A stretch of DNA of 64,000 bases from the human T2T-CHM13v2.0 reference genome, Homo sapiens: the NCBI RefSeq assembly GCF_009914755.1, contig NC_060938.1; one strand, given 5' to 3'. Numbering within the stretch: the first letter of the stretch is position 1; every line of letters begins with the position of its first letter. Below the pieces are notes generated by a model that worked only from the letters and a program-made list of their open reading frames with translations, ran no database searches and was not told the DNA's origin. The position numbers and the translations under genes are program-made. Of the stretch, positions 18,230 to 34,179 are shown piece after piece.

Positions 18230-20150
18230 GTTGACTCCCTTGTTAAAAATCATGACCATATTTTTCAGTTCTTTATTTCTATTGCATTGGTCTTTGTGTC
18301 TGTCTCTACGCTGGTACAACAAGTTTTGGGTACTGAAGCATTGCAGTAAGTTTGAAACCAGGAGGTGTTATTCCCCTAAATTTATTAATTTTTTAGATTG
18401 ATTTGGCTACTTGGGATTTTTTGAGATTTCATCTGAATTTTAGAATAAGTTTTTCTATTTTTTTGCAAATATTGGAATTTTTTTTATAGTGATTTTATTG
18501 AATCTGTAGATGACTATAGATAACAATGACATCTTGACAAGGTTTTGTCTTCCATTCCATAAACACATGACGTCTTTTCATTTATTTGTGTCATCTTTAA
18601 TACTTTCATTCCATGTTTATAGTTTTTGCTGTACAGGTTTTTTATTTCCTTGGTTAAGTGGGTTTCCAAGTATTTTATTCTTTTGATGCTATCATACATG
18701 ATACTGTTTTCTTGATTTCTTCTTCATATAGTTTATTGTTATTGTAGAAATACAACTGATTTTTGTGTATTGATTTTGTATCCTGCAGCTTTCCTGAATT
18801 TTAGGTATTGCGTCTGACAGTTTATTTCACAGAAACTAAAAGATTTTTAATACATAAGTTTATGTCATCTGCAAACAGATAATTTTGCTTTTTAAAAAAT
18901 TGGAATATCTTTTATTCTTTTACTCACCTTATTGTTTTAACTAACTAGAACCTTCAGTACTATATTAAATAGAAGTAGTAAAAGCAGGCACCTTTGTTTT
19001 TGCTCTTACAGTAAAAGCTTTCAGTCTTTCACAATGTTAGCTTTTTTTTGTTTTGTTTTTTGTATAACATTATGTTAAGGTGTTTTCTTTCTTTTTATAG
19101 TTTATTAAGTACATTTTATCATGAATGTAGGTTAAATTTTGACAAATGCTTTTTCTTCTTTGATTAAGATGATCACATGAGAGTTTTTCCTTCTTTATGT
19201 TAATGTGATATTACACTGATTTTCATGTGTTGGAATATACTTTTATTTCAGTAGTCAATTATACTCATTCATAGTGTATAATCCTTTCAGTGTACTGCTA
19301 AGTTTGAATAGCTGGTATTTTGTTGAGGATTTTTGCATCAGCATTTGTAAGGGATGTTTGTTTTTAGTGTTATGGTGCCTTTGTCTGGCTTGGTGTCAAG
19401 GTAATATTGGCCTCATAGAATAAGTTAGAAAATGTTAACTCCTCTTCAACGTTTTGAAAAAGTTTGAGAAAAACTGGTGTTAATTCTGCTTTAAACATTG
19501 GGTAGAATTCAACAGTGAAACCATCTTGTCCAGACTTTTCTTTGTTGCTGGGTTTTTGATTACTGATGCAATCTTCCTGCTGAATCTCCTTGCTGAACAG
19601 GTTTATTCAGCTTTTCTGATTCAGTCTTTAGTAGGTTTTTTGTTTCTAGGAATTTGTTCATTTTACTTAGGTTATTCAATTTTATAGTGTATAGTTCCTT
19701 ATGGTACTCTCCTACATCCTTTTTTTACTCCAAAAATTTGTTAGTAATGTACCCATTTTATTTTTGAGTTTAGTAATTTGAGTTTTCCCTTTTTTTCTTA
19801 GTCAAGCTAGATAAAATTTTGTCAGTTTTGATCTTTTTCAGAGAACAAACTTGATTTTGTTGATATTGTTTTTCTGTTCTCTATTTCACTTATTTCCACT
19901 GCTATCTTTAACATTTTTTAAAATTTTGATAGCTTTTAATTGTCCCTCTTTTTCCCTCTGTTTTTAGTTCCTTAGGAGTAAAGTTGTTGATTCAGCATCC
20001 TATTTTTTAGAATCATTTATAGCTATAAATTTTTCCCTTATGGTACTGTTTTTGATGTATCTCTTAACTTTTGGTATTTCATATTTTTAATTTTTCTCTA
20101 GATATTTTCTATTTTCTCTTGTGATTTCTTCTTTTATCCATCCTTGAGTG
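18230..20150 (-). mobile_element. Old L1M ORF2 fragment
   Basis: T-rich reverse-strand L1 motifs; ORF 18514-18699 KRIKYLETHLTKEIKNLY. Confidence 0.85.
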
Positions 20151-21392
20151 TTTAATACCTGTATTTTTAGACATAAAATGTGTAACCTACAAAATTTTCT
20201 TGATTTGTTTTATTTGTTATAAGTTTTTATTTCAGAATTAATGTGTGTATCAACATTTGTTGTATTCTCATAAACTTTGCAATACATGGAGATTCCTGGT
20301 CCACATTTGTAAGTCTCTACATGAATATTATTTTGAAGCATTTAGCCTTCTGTTTTAATATTTCAAAGGTCTAAATGAAATTGAGATTTTGGTTTCTGAG
20401 ATGAAATCATGGTAGGTGACTGAGAAATGCTTAAAAATTAGCCAAAACTTAAAACTAAGTTAAAGTTTACCTTCAAGATTCAACCTGAATAAGTCCCTCT
20501 GTATTGCTGGTAATAAAAAATAAGTCTTTAATGGTATAAAAGCAAACTTCAGAGAATTTTTTTTCCCCCAGTTGACCTCTAAATTAAAAGATATAAAAAA
20601 TTTTTATGGCCTTATGCATTTTTTACTTTAGAATTCCAAATTTTTCTCGTTAAAATTTTTCCAAACAGATTGCTGTGTATTTGAAAGACAATTTTTTTTT
20701 AGTTGAAATGCTTAAGCAGTTAAATAAGGCCATGAAACTTTCTTGAACTTGTGGGAATCCATAAGAAAATCTGACATTATGTTCTATTCTCTTGGAAGGT
20801 AGAAATATTGTTTGACTTCTGTTTTGCAGACAAGAAATGTCCTGAGTAAGCCTACCTGGGACAATGACCTCACACATGGAAAACGTTGGAGCCCATCTGT
20901 TTCCAATCTACTGTTTTCCAAAAATTAGGGAAGTTCAGTTTTCCCTTTGATACTCTGTTTCTACCAATCCCAATGCCAGGGGCCGTCCTGCTTCTACAAG
21001 TGACAATAACAAATATAGGCCTGAAGGAAGATGAGCTGATGGCATTCCCAGCTTATTACCACTCCTTGGGGGCCTTATCTCACATACATGGATTCAACTC
21101 ATAGACTCAGCTGGGTGAGGATCTATTATTATTCAGCTACATTAGAAGTGACTGCTTAAGACTCAGGTTTGTGGTGAAATGAGGCAGAATTTTCTCAATG
21201 GAATGTTGGGAGAATTTTCTCCTCATAATTACCATCTTACTATCACTAAATCATAGCTAAAATAAGTAAACTATTCAAGAAGAAATAGAGATGTAATCTT
21301 ATGAAGACATAAATTTGGAGATTTGTGGAAAGCCTTTCATAATTTTATGGTGTTCTCTTTGAGCTGGGATTATAGTTGACATTTCATTATAG

Positions 21393-21888
<496 letters not shown>

Positions 21889-22050
21889 TTGACTTCTCAA
21901 TTGATTTCACATCCATCACGGGTCAACAAGGGGTCTCTGGTGGTCGTAGTAATTCAGAGACTCAAACAGATAGACCCTTATCCCAGAAGATGCTCCCACA
22001 GTTCCAGAAACAGAGCAAAGAAAACACAATTAGCCATGAGCCAGTTCTTA

Positions 22051-22422
<372 letters not shown>

Positions 22423-23030
22423 AGTCTCAGGCTATGTCTGAACTAGGAGGGTAGAAAGAATATTCATTTTGGTTGCCACAAACCATCGAAACAAAGATGC
22501 AGGTCATTGATGTAAAACTACAGTTAGTTCCTACTGACTCCTTTTCAGCTTCTCTTCATTGCTATGAGCCAGCGTCTCCTGTGTCAGGTTTCAGTCTATT
22601 GCCTCCCAGTTCCTAGTGCACCTTTCAATATGCGCACTGTGATAAACTGGGAAGCACTTTTCAATATACCTCCTGGAAGTGAACATTCTGCAGGCATCTA
22701 GATAGAGGGTGGAGAGACTGCAGAGGGCCTTGATCATGTTCAAGCCCCAAACACAGACCTAGGCGTGGTCCCTCAGCCACCTTGCAGCCTTGGCCTGCAG
22801 CATCTCGACAAGGAAACCAAAATGCAGCAGGGCCCGTGTGATCTGAAGGTTCCTGAAAAGTTGCCCAGCCCTCCTCTTGTACCCCTTGTGCAACCTGTAC
22901 ACAGTGACCTGTATTCTAGAGGGTCCACACAGATCTGCCATTCCTTCTGCCAGACCCTGCGGGACTCACCCGTTCTGGAGGCTTCCTGCCCTACAAAGGC
23001 AGCCAGACTCCCGCCATGTATCTCTGCAAC

Positions 23031-23233
23031 AGCGGCTCACAGCCAGCTCCCTCCCCTGCACTCCAGTGGCTCATGGCCGGCTCCTTTCCATGCACTCCAG
23101 TGGCTCACTGCCGACTCCCTCCCCTGCACCCAGTGGCTTACGGCCAGCTCCCTCCCCTGCACCCCAGCGGCTCACCGCCGGCTCCCTCCACTGCACTCCA
23201 GCGGCTCACCGCCGGCTCCCTCACCTGCACTCC
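23031..23233. repeat. GC-rich minisatellite, 6 x 33-34 bp (agcggctcacggccagctccctcccctgcactcc)
   Basis: Units start at 23031, 23065, 23099, 23132, 23166, 23200. Confidence 0.95.
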
Positions 23234-24974
23234 GGTGGGCGGCCTAGTGCTTGTGCAAAAGCTGCTGACTAGCTCCAGCCTGGCCAAATCCACAAATGTC
23301 CGTTATGTGGTGGTTGAACCACATCGTATGACATCAGAACTTTTTTCAAATCTGTGCTTCCTTGGGTACTTCCCTCTGCACTAGGGCACCAGGCAGAGTT
23401 GCTTTATGTCTCACAGTGACTCTTTTATCATAGTTGCAATCCTTTATACTACACTTCCCCATTAGACCCACTGTGTGGTTTCTATCTCTTGATGGGACCC
23501 AGGCTGCTACACACCCTAACCCATGCACATTGCACTTCATTAGTTCCTCACCACTGGCCCAAGATCATGCTCCACCAACCCTCTCTGCCCCCTCACTTTC
23601 TTTCCTTAAGTGAAACCCCTAAAAGCCCTCTTTGTGCCCAAAGCTTACGTGCTCTTCCTTCCCTATATTCTTGGCCAGACACAAAAATCTGATGCTCTGG
23701 CAAATGTAGAAATAGGGAGAAGGCAGAGGAATCATTTCTCCTCTCTTAGGTAAGCACTGAGGTTAATGTCATTCCACTGTGTGAGGAATAAAAAAATGAG
23801 GCATAGAGAGGTGCCGTGATTTGCCTGGACCCATGAAGCTGTCATGGCAGAAGTGGAACAAAGGTTCAGGTGTCCCGAATGTCAGTCCAGCTCCTATGCC
23901 TTCAGAATGTGCCATGGAGGGAGACACTGGGGGACCTCACTCATGCTGAGCACTCAGGGGTACCCAGGTGCTGAGAGTGGGGACATAACAGGCTGAGTTG
24001 ACTCAATCCAGTCCTCCTACACCAAATTAGGATGGAAACCCTCACATAATAGAAGTGAAGAGAGGGAACAAAGCCAGGAATAGTTAAGAGACTGATGCCT
24101 GGAAGGCCTGGGTAGAATGGCAGGCAGATTGGAGCAGAACAGAGGCCATAGATGGGGACAAGGGGAAGGGAAGTGACCTCAGTGGCCAGATGGCACCCAT
24201 CCACTGCACAGAGGCTGGAACCTTGAGTTCCATCTAGTCCTTGTCAACTACAATCATTCTGCCCTGTGGCTCAAGGAGTCCTGGAGAAAATGTGTCTTCT
24301 GCAGTTTGGGGATTTGAGAATAAAACAATTCAGCCTCAAGAAGTTGAAAGCCCAGGAAATCATAGCACGTGGAGATGGGATTCATACTTAAACTTCCTGC
24401 CCTTGACTTCTGGTTTGGCCACGTGACTCACTTTGGCCAATGGATGTGGTAAAGTGGTAGTCTGCCCATTCTGAGCCTGGGTGATACGATAAGAGACCTT
24501 CACATTTCCCTTTGTTCTTTGCACTCCTGCCATTGCCATGAGAAGAAGGCACCCTGGCAGGCCCCTGACCCCAGGAGGATCAGAGACACTTGGAGCAGAT
24601 CCAGCTCAGCCACCACAGTTTGAGCCAAAACCTCCCAAGCAACACATGCTCATGAGTAAGAACTGGTGGCCTATGGTCCTAGGCCTCTGAGGTGTGGGGT
24701 TACTTGTTACAAAGCAAGAGTTAACTAATAGAGATTTCTACCTCAAATCCCTACCAAACAAAGAACAAAGGAAATAAAACATAAAAGCAGATTTCCAATT
24801 TTTAGAAGAAAACAGAGGACATATTTTATGACACTAAGCAGAGAGAAACTTTTTTTTAATATGACACAAAACACACCATAAAAGAAATTACTGATAAATT
24901 CAACCATATTAAATGTAGAAGTTTTGATCTGACAAAAGAAGCGATTAATAAAGTTAAAAGACAAAGACAGTTCA

Positions 24975-25328
24975 TGATATGGTTTGGCTGTGTGTCCCCA
25001 CCCAAATCTCATCTTGAATTGTCCTCCCAAAATTCTCATGTGTTGTGGCAGGGACCTGGCGGGAGATAATTTGAATCATGGGGGCGGTTCCCCCATACTG
25101 TTCTCCTGGTAGTGAATAAGTCTCATGAGATCTGACAGTTTTATCAGGGGGTTCCACTTTTGCATCGTCCTCATTTTTCTCTGGCCACTGCCATGTAAGA
25201 AGTATCTTTCACATCCCACCATGATTCTGAGGCCTCCCCAGCCATGTGGAACTTAAATCCAATTAAACCTCTTTTTCTTCCCAGTCTGGGGTATGTCTTT
25301 ATCAACAGTGTGAAAATGGACTAATACA
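24975..25328 (+). mobile_element. Solo THE1B-like LTR
   Basis: tgatatggtttggctgtgtgtccccacccaaatctc...ggactaataca; TSD gttca/gtgca. Confidence 0.93.
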
Positions 25329-25406
25329 GTGCACAAATAGGGAAAACATATTTGTGAGGTATTTGGCCAAAAAAGCATTGATATCCAGATTATTAAAATC
25401 AAAATT

Positions 25407-25803
<397 letters not shown>

Positions 25804-27620
25804 TCAGCTGCACTGCAAAATCCAAGAAAAATATTAGAAAGTGTGATAACAAATATTGATGAAGATAAGTGAAGATGGATGTGCACACTGCTGGTGAGGG
25901 GCATTGTGAGGACTCCAGCCCCAAGGTCATCTGGCTGTGCTTCCTAGGAAGGGCTGACAATGGACCTGTCCCAAGACCCCAAGCCTCACCAGGCTATGTG
26001 CAGGCCTTGGACCAGAGCATCAGCATCACCTTGTGGTAGGGTTTGGAGGGGGTACATCCTCTGCTCGCCAGAAATGCAGAATTCTAGATTCATCTGGAAG
26101 ATATTTTTGAAGGGAAAAGCAACTTTCAGGAGAGTATATATGGACTGCTATTTGTATAAAATTGCAAAAACAGACCAAAAAACACTATCCATTCTTCATG
26201 GACATGAACACTAGGTGTTCAACATGGATGGGAAGACACACATTGACTTCAGAATAGTGGGGAGGGGGAGGTAACTGGACTAGAAAAGGGGCATATAACT
26301 CGAGTGTCAGCTTGAACATTATGGCTGAATCCATAGTTTTCTTCCCTTAAACTCTGGAGCAAATGCATCCAAAAGCTACCACGTGTGAATTTTAACTGGG
26401 AGGTACATGAAAGTTTAATACCGTTATCCTCTAAGCAGTCCTGTGTTTTTGTAATATTGAGCCATATTTTTTAAACACTTGACACAGCATGAAAGGAAGC
26501 TTGCCTACATGGTAACAATGGTTATCTTTAGGTAGCAGAATTCGAGACTGCTTCTTTTTTCTTTTTTTCCTGCTTGTATATTATCTCTATTTCCCTGTGT
26601 GAGGATTTATGACTGTTGTGATAAAAAGGCTAGTATTCTAACTCCCTGCATCATAAGCACACCGTGCCCTGGCTGGCAGGACGGGGAGGAGGGAACATGT
26701 CTGTTCACCTGGCCAGCCCTAGGCAGCTCTGCAAAGAAAGATATGGGCACTTCCCCTCTGCAGCCAAACAGTTAAGAAGGCTCGATGTGAAATGAATCAT
26801 TCCAGGGGAGCTAAATCCCAGCCTTATCTAATTCTGTATCCTAAGACTGATTAATTTAAACTCAAAAATAAAATAAACATCAGCTTTAAATAAGGATTAA
26901 ATACTCAGCAGGGCCCTTAGTTGAACAAACTGACATTATAAATTTTATGATATGGATTCAGGGGCCCCGGGGTGGGGCGAGGGATGTCTGTGGGGATGCT
27001 CTCTGAGCTAAGGAGAGAAATTCGCCAGTGCTCCTGGATTCCGGAGTGCATTCACCTTTAGCCTCTTGTCTGGATACCCGCAGAAAACCAAAGAGCCACC
27101 CTGTGGCAGGGTCTTCACACAGGAGGGGGGCTTGTGCCCTGTGTCCCAGCTGCCCTGTGTCCCTGAGGGAGAAGGGATTAGTGGAGGGAGTGGGTGAAGA
27201 CTTTGGAGGAAGTCCCTGATGTTCTTAGAAAACAGTAGGGAAGAGATTCCCCTGCCTGGGCATTGTTTCCAAATAGGAGACAAGAGCATGAACTAAAAAC
27301 AGAGGCCCCCGGCTCCCTCCACGGTCCCTGAGTTCAGAAGGGAACCCAAGGAGGTGGGCTGTCTGACATGTGCCTGGAGGGTCCCACAAACCTGAGTCAG
27401 GCATGAGAGTGGGCAGCTGGTGGATTCAACTCCAGGCCTGCAGCACAAAGCCAGGTGGCCGTCCCAAGAACAAGCCATGTCTGCAGAGGCCTACTGCATC
27501 CCTGCCTCATGGCCACAATGTCACAGAGCAGAATCACATCATGTGGGAGGCCATGTGCAGTGTGAGTGTCATATGGGAGCTGGACCCAGAAGGTCCCAGA
27601 CCCACGTCCAGCTGCGTCTC

Positions 27621-27983
27621 TGCTATAGTCAATGTCTGTGTGCCCCTAAAATCCATGTGTTGAAACCTAACCCCTGAGAGGTTAGGTTTGAATTAGGAGG
27701 CAAAGGCTTTAGGAAGTGATTTCATCATGAAAGCGGAGACCCCATGAATGGGATTAGTGGCCTTGTAAAAGGGAGCCAAGGAAGCTTGTTCTCTCCTTCC
27801 ACCATGTGAGGACACAGCTAGGAGGTGCCCTCTATAAGGAACAGGCCCTCAACAGACACCTAATCTGCCACTACCTTGACCTTCCCCTTGCCAGCATCCA
27901 GACTTATGAGACATAAATTTCTGCTGTTTATAAGCCCCCTAGGCTAAGGTGTTTTGTTACAGCAGCCCAAATGGACTAAGACA
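27621..27983 (+). mobile_element. MLT1A-like MaLR solo LTR
   Basis: tgctatagtc...gttgaaacctaacc...ggactaagaca. Confidence 0.85.
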
Positions 27984-29016
27984 GCTCCTGACCATCTTGA
28001 GCAACTCACTTATCTGCTGAAATCTCCATAGATTCAACTGTGATGGAATCCCTTCAACAGATGTATATGGAACACCTACTTTGTATAAGGACACACTGTG
28101 TTATTGGGTATAAAATAAGTCACGGTTCCCCAGAGGTAGGCACTGCCATAGCTGAACAGCAAACCCAAGTTGCTGTGGCCAATGGGGGAAGGGGTGGGTG
28201 TCAGAGAAGAAGAGAACGTGCTAGAGTCCATGTCTGCAGCAATATTGGAACGTCTAATGGATGGTTCTCAAAGTGGTGACTTCTCTTCTTCCTACAAAAA
28301 CTCATAGTTGTCCCTGTGTAAAGTCTTCCCAGAAGTGCAGAGCAGTTGATAATATGCAGATCAGAAAAGAGAATAGGACAGAGAGAGCACATTCTTGGCA
28401 TCAGCAGCCACGGACTTCTTGCAGGAAGGAAAGCAATTCTCCTGGATCCGTGGGTAGCAGATAAACATACAGAAATACATTTGTTGGCTATTTGGTTCAT
28501 GGACTTTGAACATTTGCAGATCGAGAGGCTGAGAATGTTCTCCAACCAGATGATGGGGGGCGTGGAAGTACAGAAAGGGATGAAAGGAGGAGGAAAACAG
28601 AGCAATGAGAAGGCAGCTCTCAGCATGACCAACACAGAGACCTGGGCCTCTGCTACCAAAAATAAGAGCTAATATATAATGATTGCAGGTCTGCAAACAG
28701 CAGGCTTTCCATATCACATGTGGCAAGCTCTGAAGACAACCCTGTGTGACAGGTATTGTTGTCGAGGCAGAGAGTTGCTAAATAATCACACACAGATGGT
28801 GGAATGCCGGAGAGTTTGGTTTTAATTGGTCATCTTCCTGTTTGCTTTTTATTTGTCGCATCTGTAGTTTGTTCTCTTTTTCCTCTTTCTCTGACTTCTT
28901 TTGAATTTGTTGAGTATTTTTATTTCATTTGATCTTCTTTGTTGGCCTTTTACATATAACTATTTTTCCTTGGTTTGGTTTTGAGACTTAGTCATTGCTC
29001 TATGGTTTATGATATA

Positions 29017-29742
<726 letters not shown>

Positions 29743-30213
29743 GTATATGTATTCAACTTAGCATTGGCTGCCATCAACATTATACCACTTCACATAGAGG
29801 ATAAGAACCTTAAAGCAGTACCCATTCATTTCCCTCCTTTTGGGTTTTGTGTTATTGTTTTCATGCATTTTGCTTCTATATGTGCTGTAAACTCACATTA
29901 ATTTGTTATCATTTTTGGCTTAAACAGTCAATTATCTTTTAAAAATGCTTTTTAATACTGTATTTTTGCTCACATATTTGCCGTCTTTGGTGCTCTACAT
30001 TCTTTTGTGTAGATCTGGACTTCCATCTGGTTTCACTTTCCCTCTGCCTGAAGGATTTCCTTTAATACTCCTTGTAGTGAGGACTTGCTGGTAATGAATT
30101 CTTCAAGCTTTTCATTGTCTGAACGTCTTTATTTCACTATCATCTTTGAAAGATATTTTTGCTAGGTGTAGAATTCTAGACTGACAATCATTTTACCCTT
30201 AAGCATTTTATAG

Positions 30214-30865
<652 letters not shown>

Positions 30866-32709
30866 ATTTTCATCTTTGTTCCTCTCTGTATAATGTCCTT
30901 TTCCCTTTGGTAACTTTTCATATTTTCTTGTTGTCACTGGTTTGGGGCAATTTGATTATGACGTGCTTCAGTGTGTCATCCTCATGTCTGTTGTGCTAGG
31001 GGTTCACTGGTTCTTAGATCTCTGGGTTTATGGTTTTTATCAAATTTAAAATTTGCAGCCACAGTTTTTTCAAATTTTTTTCTTCTACTACTCCCCACTT
31101 CTTCAGGAACTCCAATTACACATATATTAGTCCTGTTGGTGCTGATTTTCTGTACAATTTTTTCCATTTTTTTCTCCATGTTCCATTTTTGATAGTTTCT
31201 ACTGCTACATCTTCCAGTTGACTAATCCTTCTTTGTATCATATCTATTCTATTTTAATTGCCATTTAGTATATTTTTCATCTCAGACATTGTATTTTTCA
31301 TCTCTAGAAGTTCAAGCTGGGTCTTCCATGTCTCTACTTCCATGTTCTAGCTTCCGTTTACCTTCTTGTTGTGGAATGTTATCATTATAATAACTGTTTT
31401 AATATCATTGCCTACTAATTTCATCTTATGTGCCATTTCTGTATCTATTGATAAATTTTTCTTCTCATTTTTGAGACATTTCCTTTCTTTTCACATGTCT
31501 GGTAATTTTCAGCTGGATGGCAGACAATGTGAAATTTATCTTATTGTGCATTGGATATTTTTGGGTTCCTGTAAATGTTATTGAGCTATGTTCTAGGATG
31601 CAGTTAAATTATCTGAAAAGATTTTGGTTCTTTCAGGGTTTTCTTTGAGGTCTTGTTAAGTAGGACCTTAGCAGCCTTGGCCTAGATCTAATCTTCCACA
31701 CTACTGAGGCAAATTCTTTTCTGAGTGTTCCATCCAATGGTCTGGGAAGTATAAGATTTGTCCACTGTTGCTGGTGGGAAGACCAAATATGCCTGGTTCT
31801 GTGGGAGGTTCGAGCATTGTTCTTTCTGTTTCCTTCAGGTGTTTTTTTTTTTCCCCCAGACTTGGGTAGTTTACACACATACATGTTCTGATCAGTATTT
31901 AGCTGAAGACTCTGGAGCTTTTTTGTTTTGTGACTTTGTCCTTTTCATACCCTGAATACTCTGCCCTGCGGAGTTTATCTGAGCTTCTTTGGTCTCCCTG
32001 GACTCCCAGTTTCATCTCACCTCAGGACCATCAACAGACTCAGCCTGGTTTTTCCCTCCCTGAGCTGTGGCCTAGAAACGGTTTCCATTCCCTGATTCCC
32101 TTCTGGTCACTGCACCTGGGCAGTCCAGAGTCACGAGAAACCCTAGGCCATGTGGCAGAATGCCCACTGTCCCCACTTCACCACACTGTACTCTCTCCAT
32201 CCAGTGCTAGATGCAGCCAGGCTGTCTAACAGTCCAGAATGCTAGCCAGAGACCAAGCTTTCTGCAGTGCTTTGGCTGGGGAACACAGATAAGAATGGCT
32301 AAGCAGTGCTCCAGAAGCCAGCAGATGCCATCAATCGGTTTTACATCCACCAGGCACCGAGAATCTTTGGACACCAGAAGTGTCCTCTGTTGCCAGAGCT
32401 GAACTCTCAACTGAGGACTCCAGAAGGCCATGAAATGAGGGCAGTCTTCCATCATTGCCTGTCTGTAGCCACGAGGACACAGTCTCTTTCCATGGCTGGT
32501 GAGATGTCCAGCACTCCTGGGGCTCTGGAAAGCCCCTTTCCAACTTTAGGCCTTAGGTGAGCTCTCCATTTACCTCAGGCCAGGCAGTGCACATTATGGG
32601 GGACACTGCTGGATGTTGGGATGAGGATGGCACTTGGCATGTGAGCTAGGATTGAGAGCCCACTGCTCTCTTCCTCAGCCAGGTGGTGGCCAGTTACCAT
32701 CTCTGGCTT

Positions 32710-33500
32710 CTGTCCCCTTACCAGCCTCCTCTGCTACAATTGCATTTCTGGCAGACAGTGGATCAGGGAAGCACCGGCAGTTGAGAACCATGTGGATAAC
32801 CACTACTGGCCAAGCATTCCCAACCTGACAGCAGAACAGGAGTACAGCAGAGCTGAGGTGAACTTGACAGAGAAATTTGAGACCATGAAGAAAGCCAACA
32901 CTTCCAACTCATCACAACCTGCTTCTCTCATAGATTTATTGTAGACCAACTCAACCATCTCCATGCCAACAAGAAATGGCCCTCAATCTAAGCCATCACC
33001 CTTGGATTTAGATCATGGGGCTGTCCTGCCTTTAGTATGGAACTGAAAAGCTTTAATTTCTACAAAAATGTAAGGTTTTTGGCCACAGCCTTATTAAAAC
33101 AAACAAATATGAGCATAGAGATCTACAGATGGAATATCTGGGGCCCTAAACAAACTGCTATTGAAAGTATAATCACTGTCTTTTGTTTGTTTCTTTAGCC
33201 TAGTGGAACAATATCAGAAATTTCCCTGGTCATAGGGAATATAAAACATAGTTTGAACAAAAGCAGCAATAAAGCTACAAACTATTTTTTGGTGTATTTG
33301 CTTAAGTAAGACATAGCTGATCAGGGCTTTATCATGTAACGTTAGTTTGCTTAGCTTTCATTAAGTTTGTTAAACTTAAATTGTGAATAAATATACGGCT
33401 GATTCATATTGTAATTAAACTGCATATTGACACAAACTGTACATTAAAAGTTGCTGCACATTGTCATCCAAAATAATACTTAAATAAAACCAAAAATGCA
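32710..33500 (+). pseudogene. MRPL57P: MRPL57 (MRP63) pseudogene, probably processed: decayed CDS ~32710-32985 plus 3' UTR
   Basis: Manual translation across frameshifts gives [18 protein letters not shown] / DNHYWPSIPNLTAEQE..EKFETMKKANTS / HRFIVDQLNHLHANKKWP, versus MRPL57 [21 protein letters not shown] / ENHYWLSMPYMTREQE..EAFEAIKAAATS / HRFIADQLDHLNVTKKWS; ATG and stop lost, internal deletion; A-rich tail remnant near 33470-33505 (3' end approximate). Confidence 0.88.
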
Positions 33501-34179
33501 ATAAACCAATGTCAAGGAACCTACCCTAAAATAAAAATACAGTTAACATGGAATTGCAAAACTAGAATGGGAGAAACATTTACCCATAAAATCTTGTTTG
33601 GAACATTGATATAACACTAGAAAAGATTTTTTCTAAATAACTACAATGTTCAACTGTGACTGTGCATCTGTGAAGACCAGGCATTTTGAATCATTGCCCT
33701 GTGGTGTGTGGCAGTACAATTTTACAGAAATGCACTACAATAATTAATAAAATTCTCTAATGGGAAAATTTTAATAAGTATTTACACTATATTTATATTA
33801 TTAATATATTGATGCTACTATTTCACAAAATAAAAAGCTATAATACAGTTTTTAAAGCAAATAATAACCTTACATTTCTAAATAAAGAAAAAATATAAAT
33901 TTCGTGAAATATGGCTAAGAGTAATTGATAAAATGAAAATTAGTGCATAAATTATATTATAGTTTAATAGAGGCTGAAAAAAATGGATCAAAATTTTAAT
34001 GAGCCCTTTTTGCCTGCTCTAAACTTAATCTTATAGGTGAACATTATAATATATATAGGGTACCTACTAGCTATCTAATTTACTGTTTACACAATGTATA
34101 AATCATAGCCTATTCTTAATATTTGAACCTAAAATAACACACAAACTACAAGAGAACAAAATAAGGAAGAAACTTATGG

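Noticed and set aside
22765-23384. Overlapping 122-160 aa ORFs
   Set aside because: Products of the stop-poor 34-bp GC-rich VNTR.
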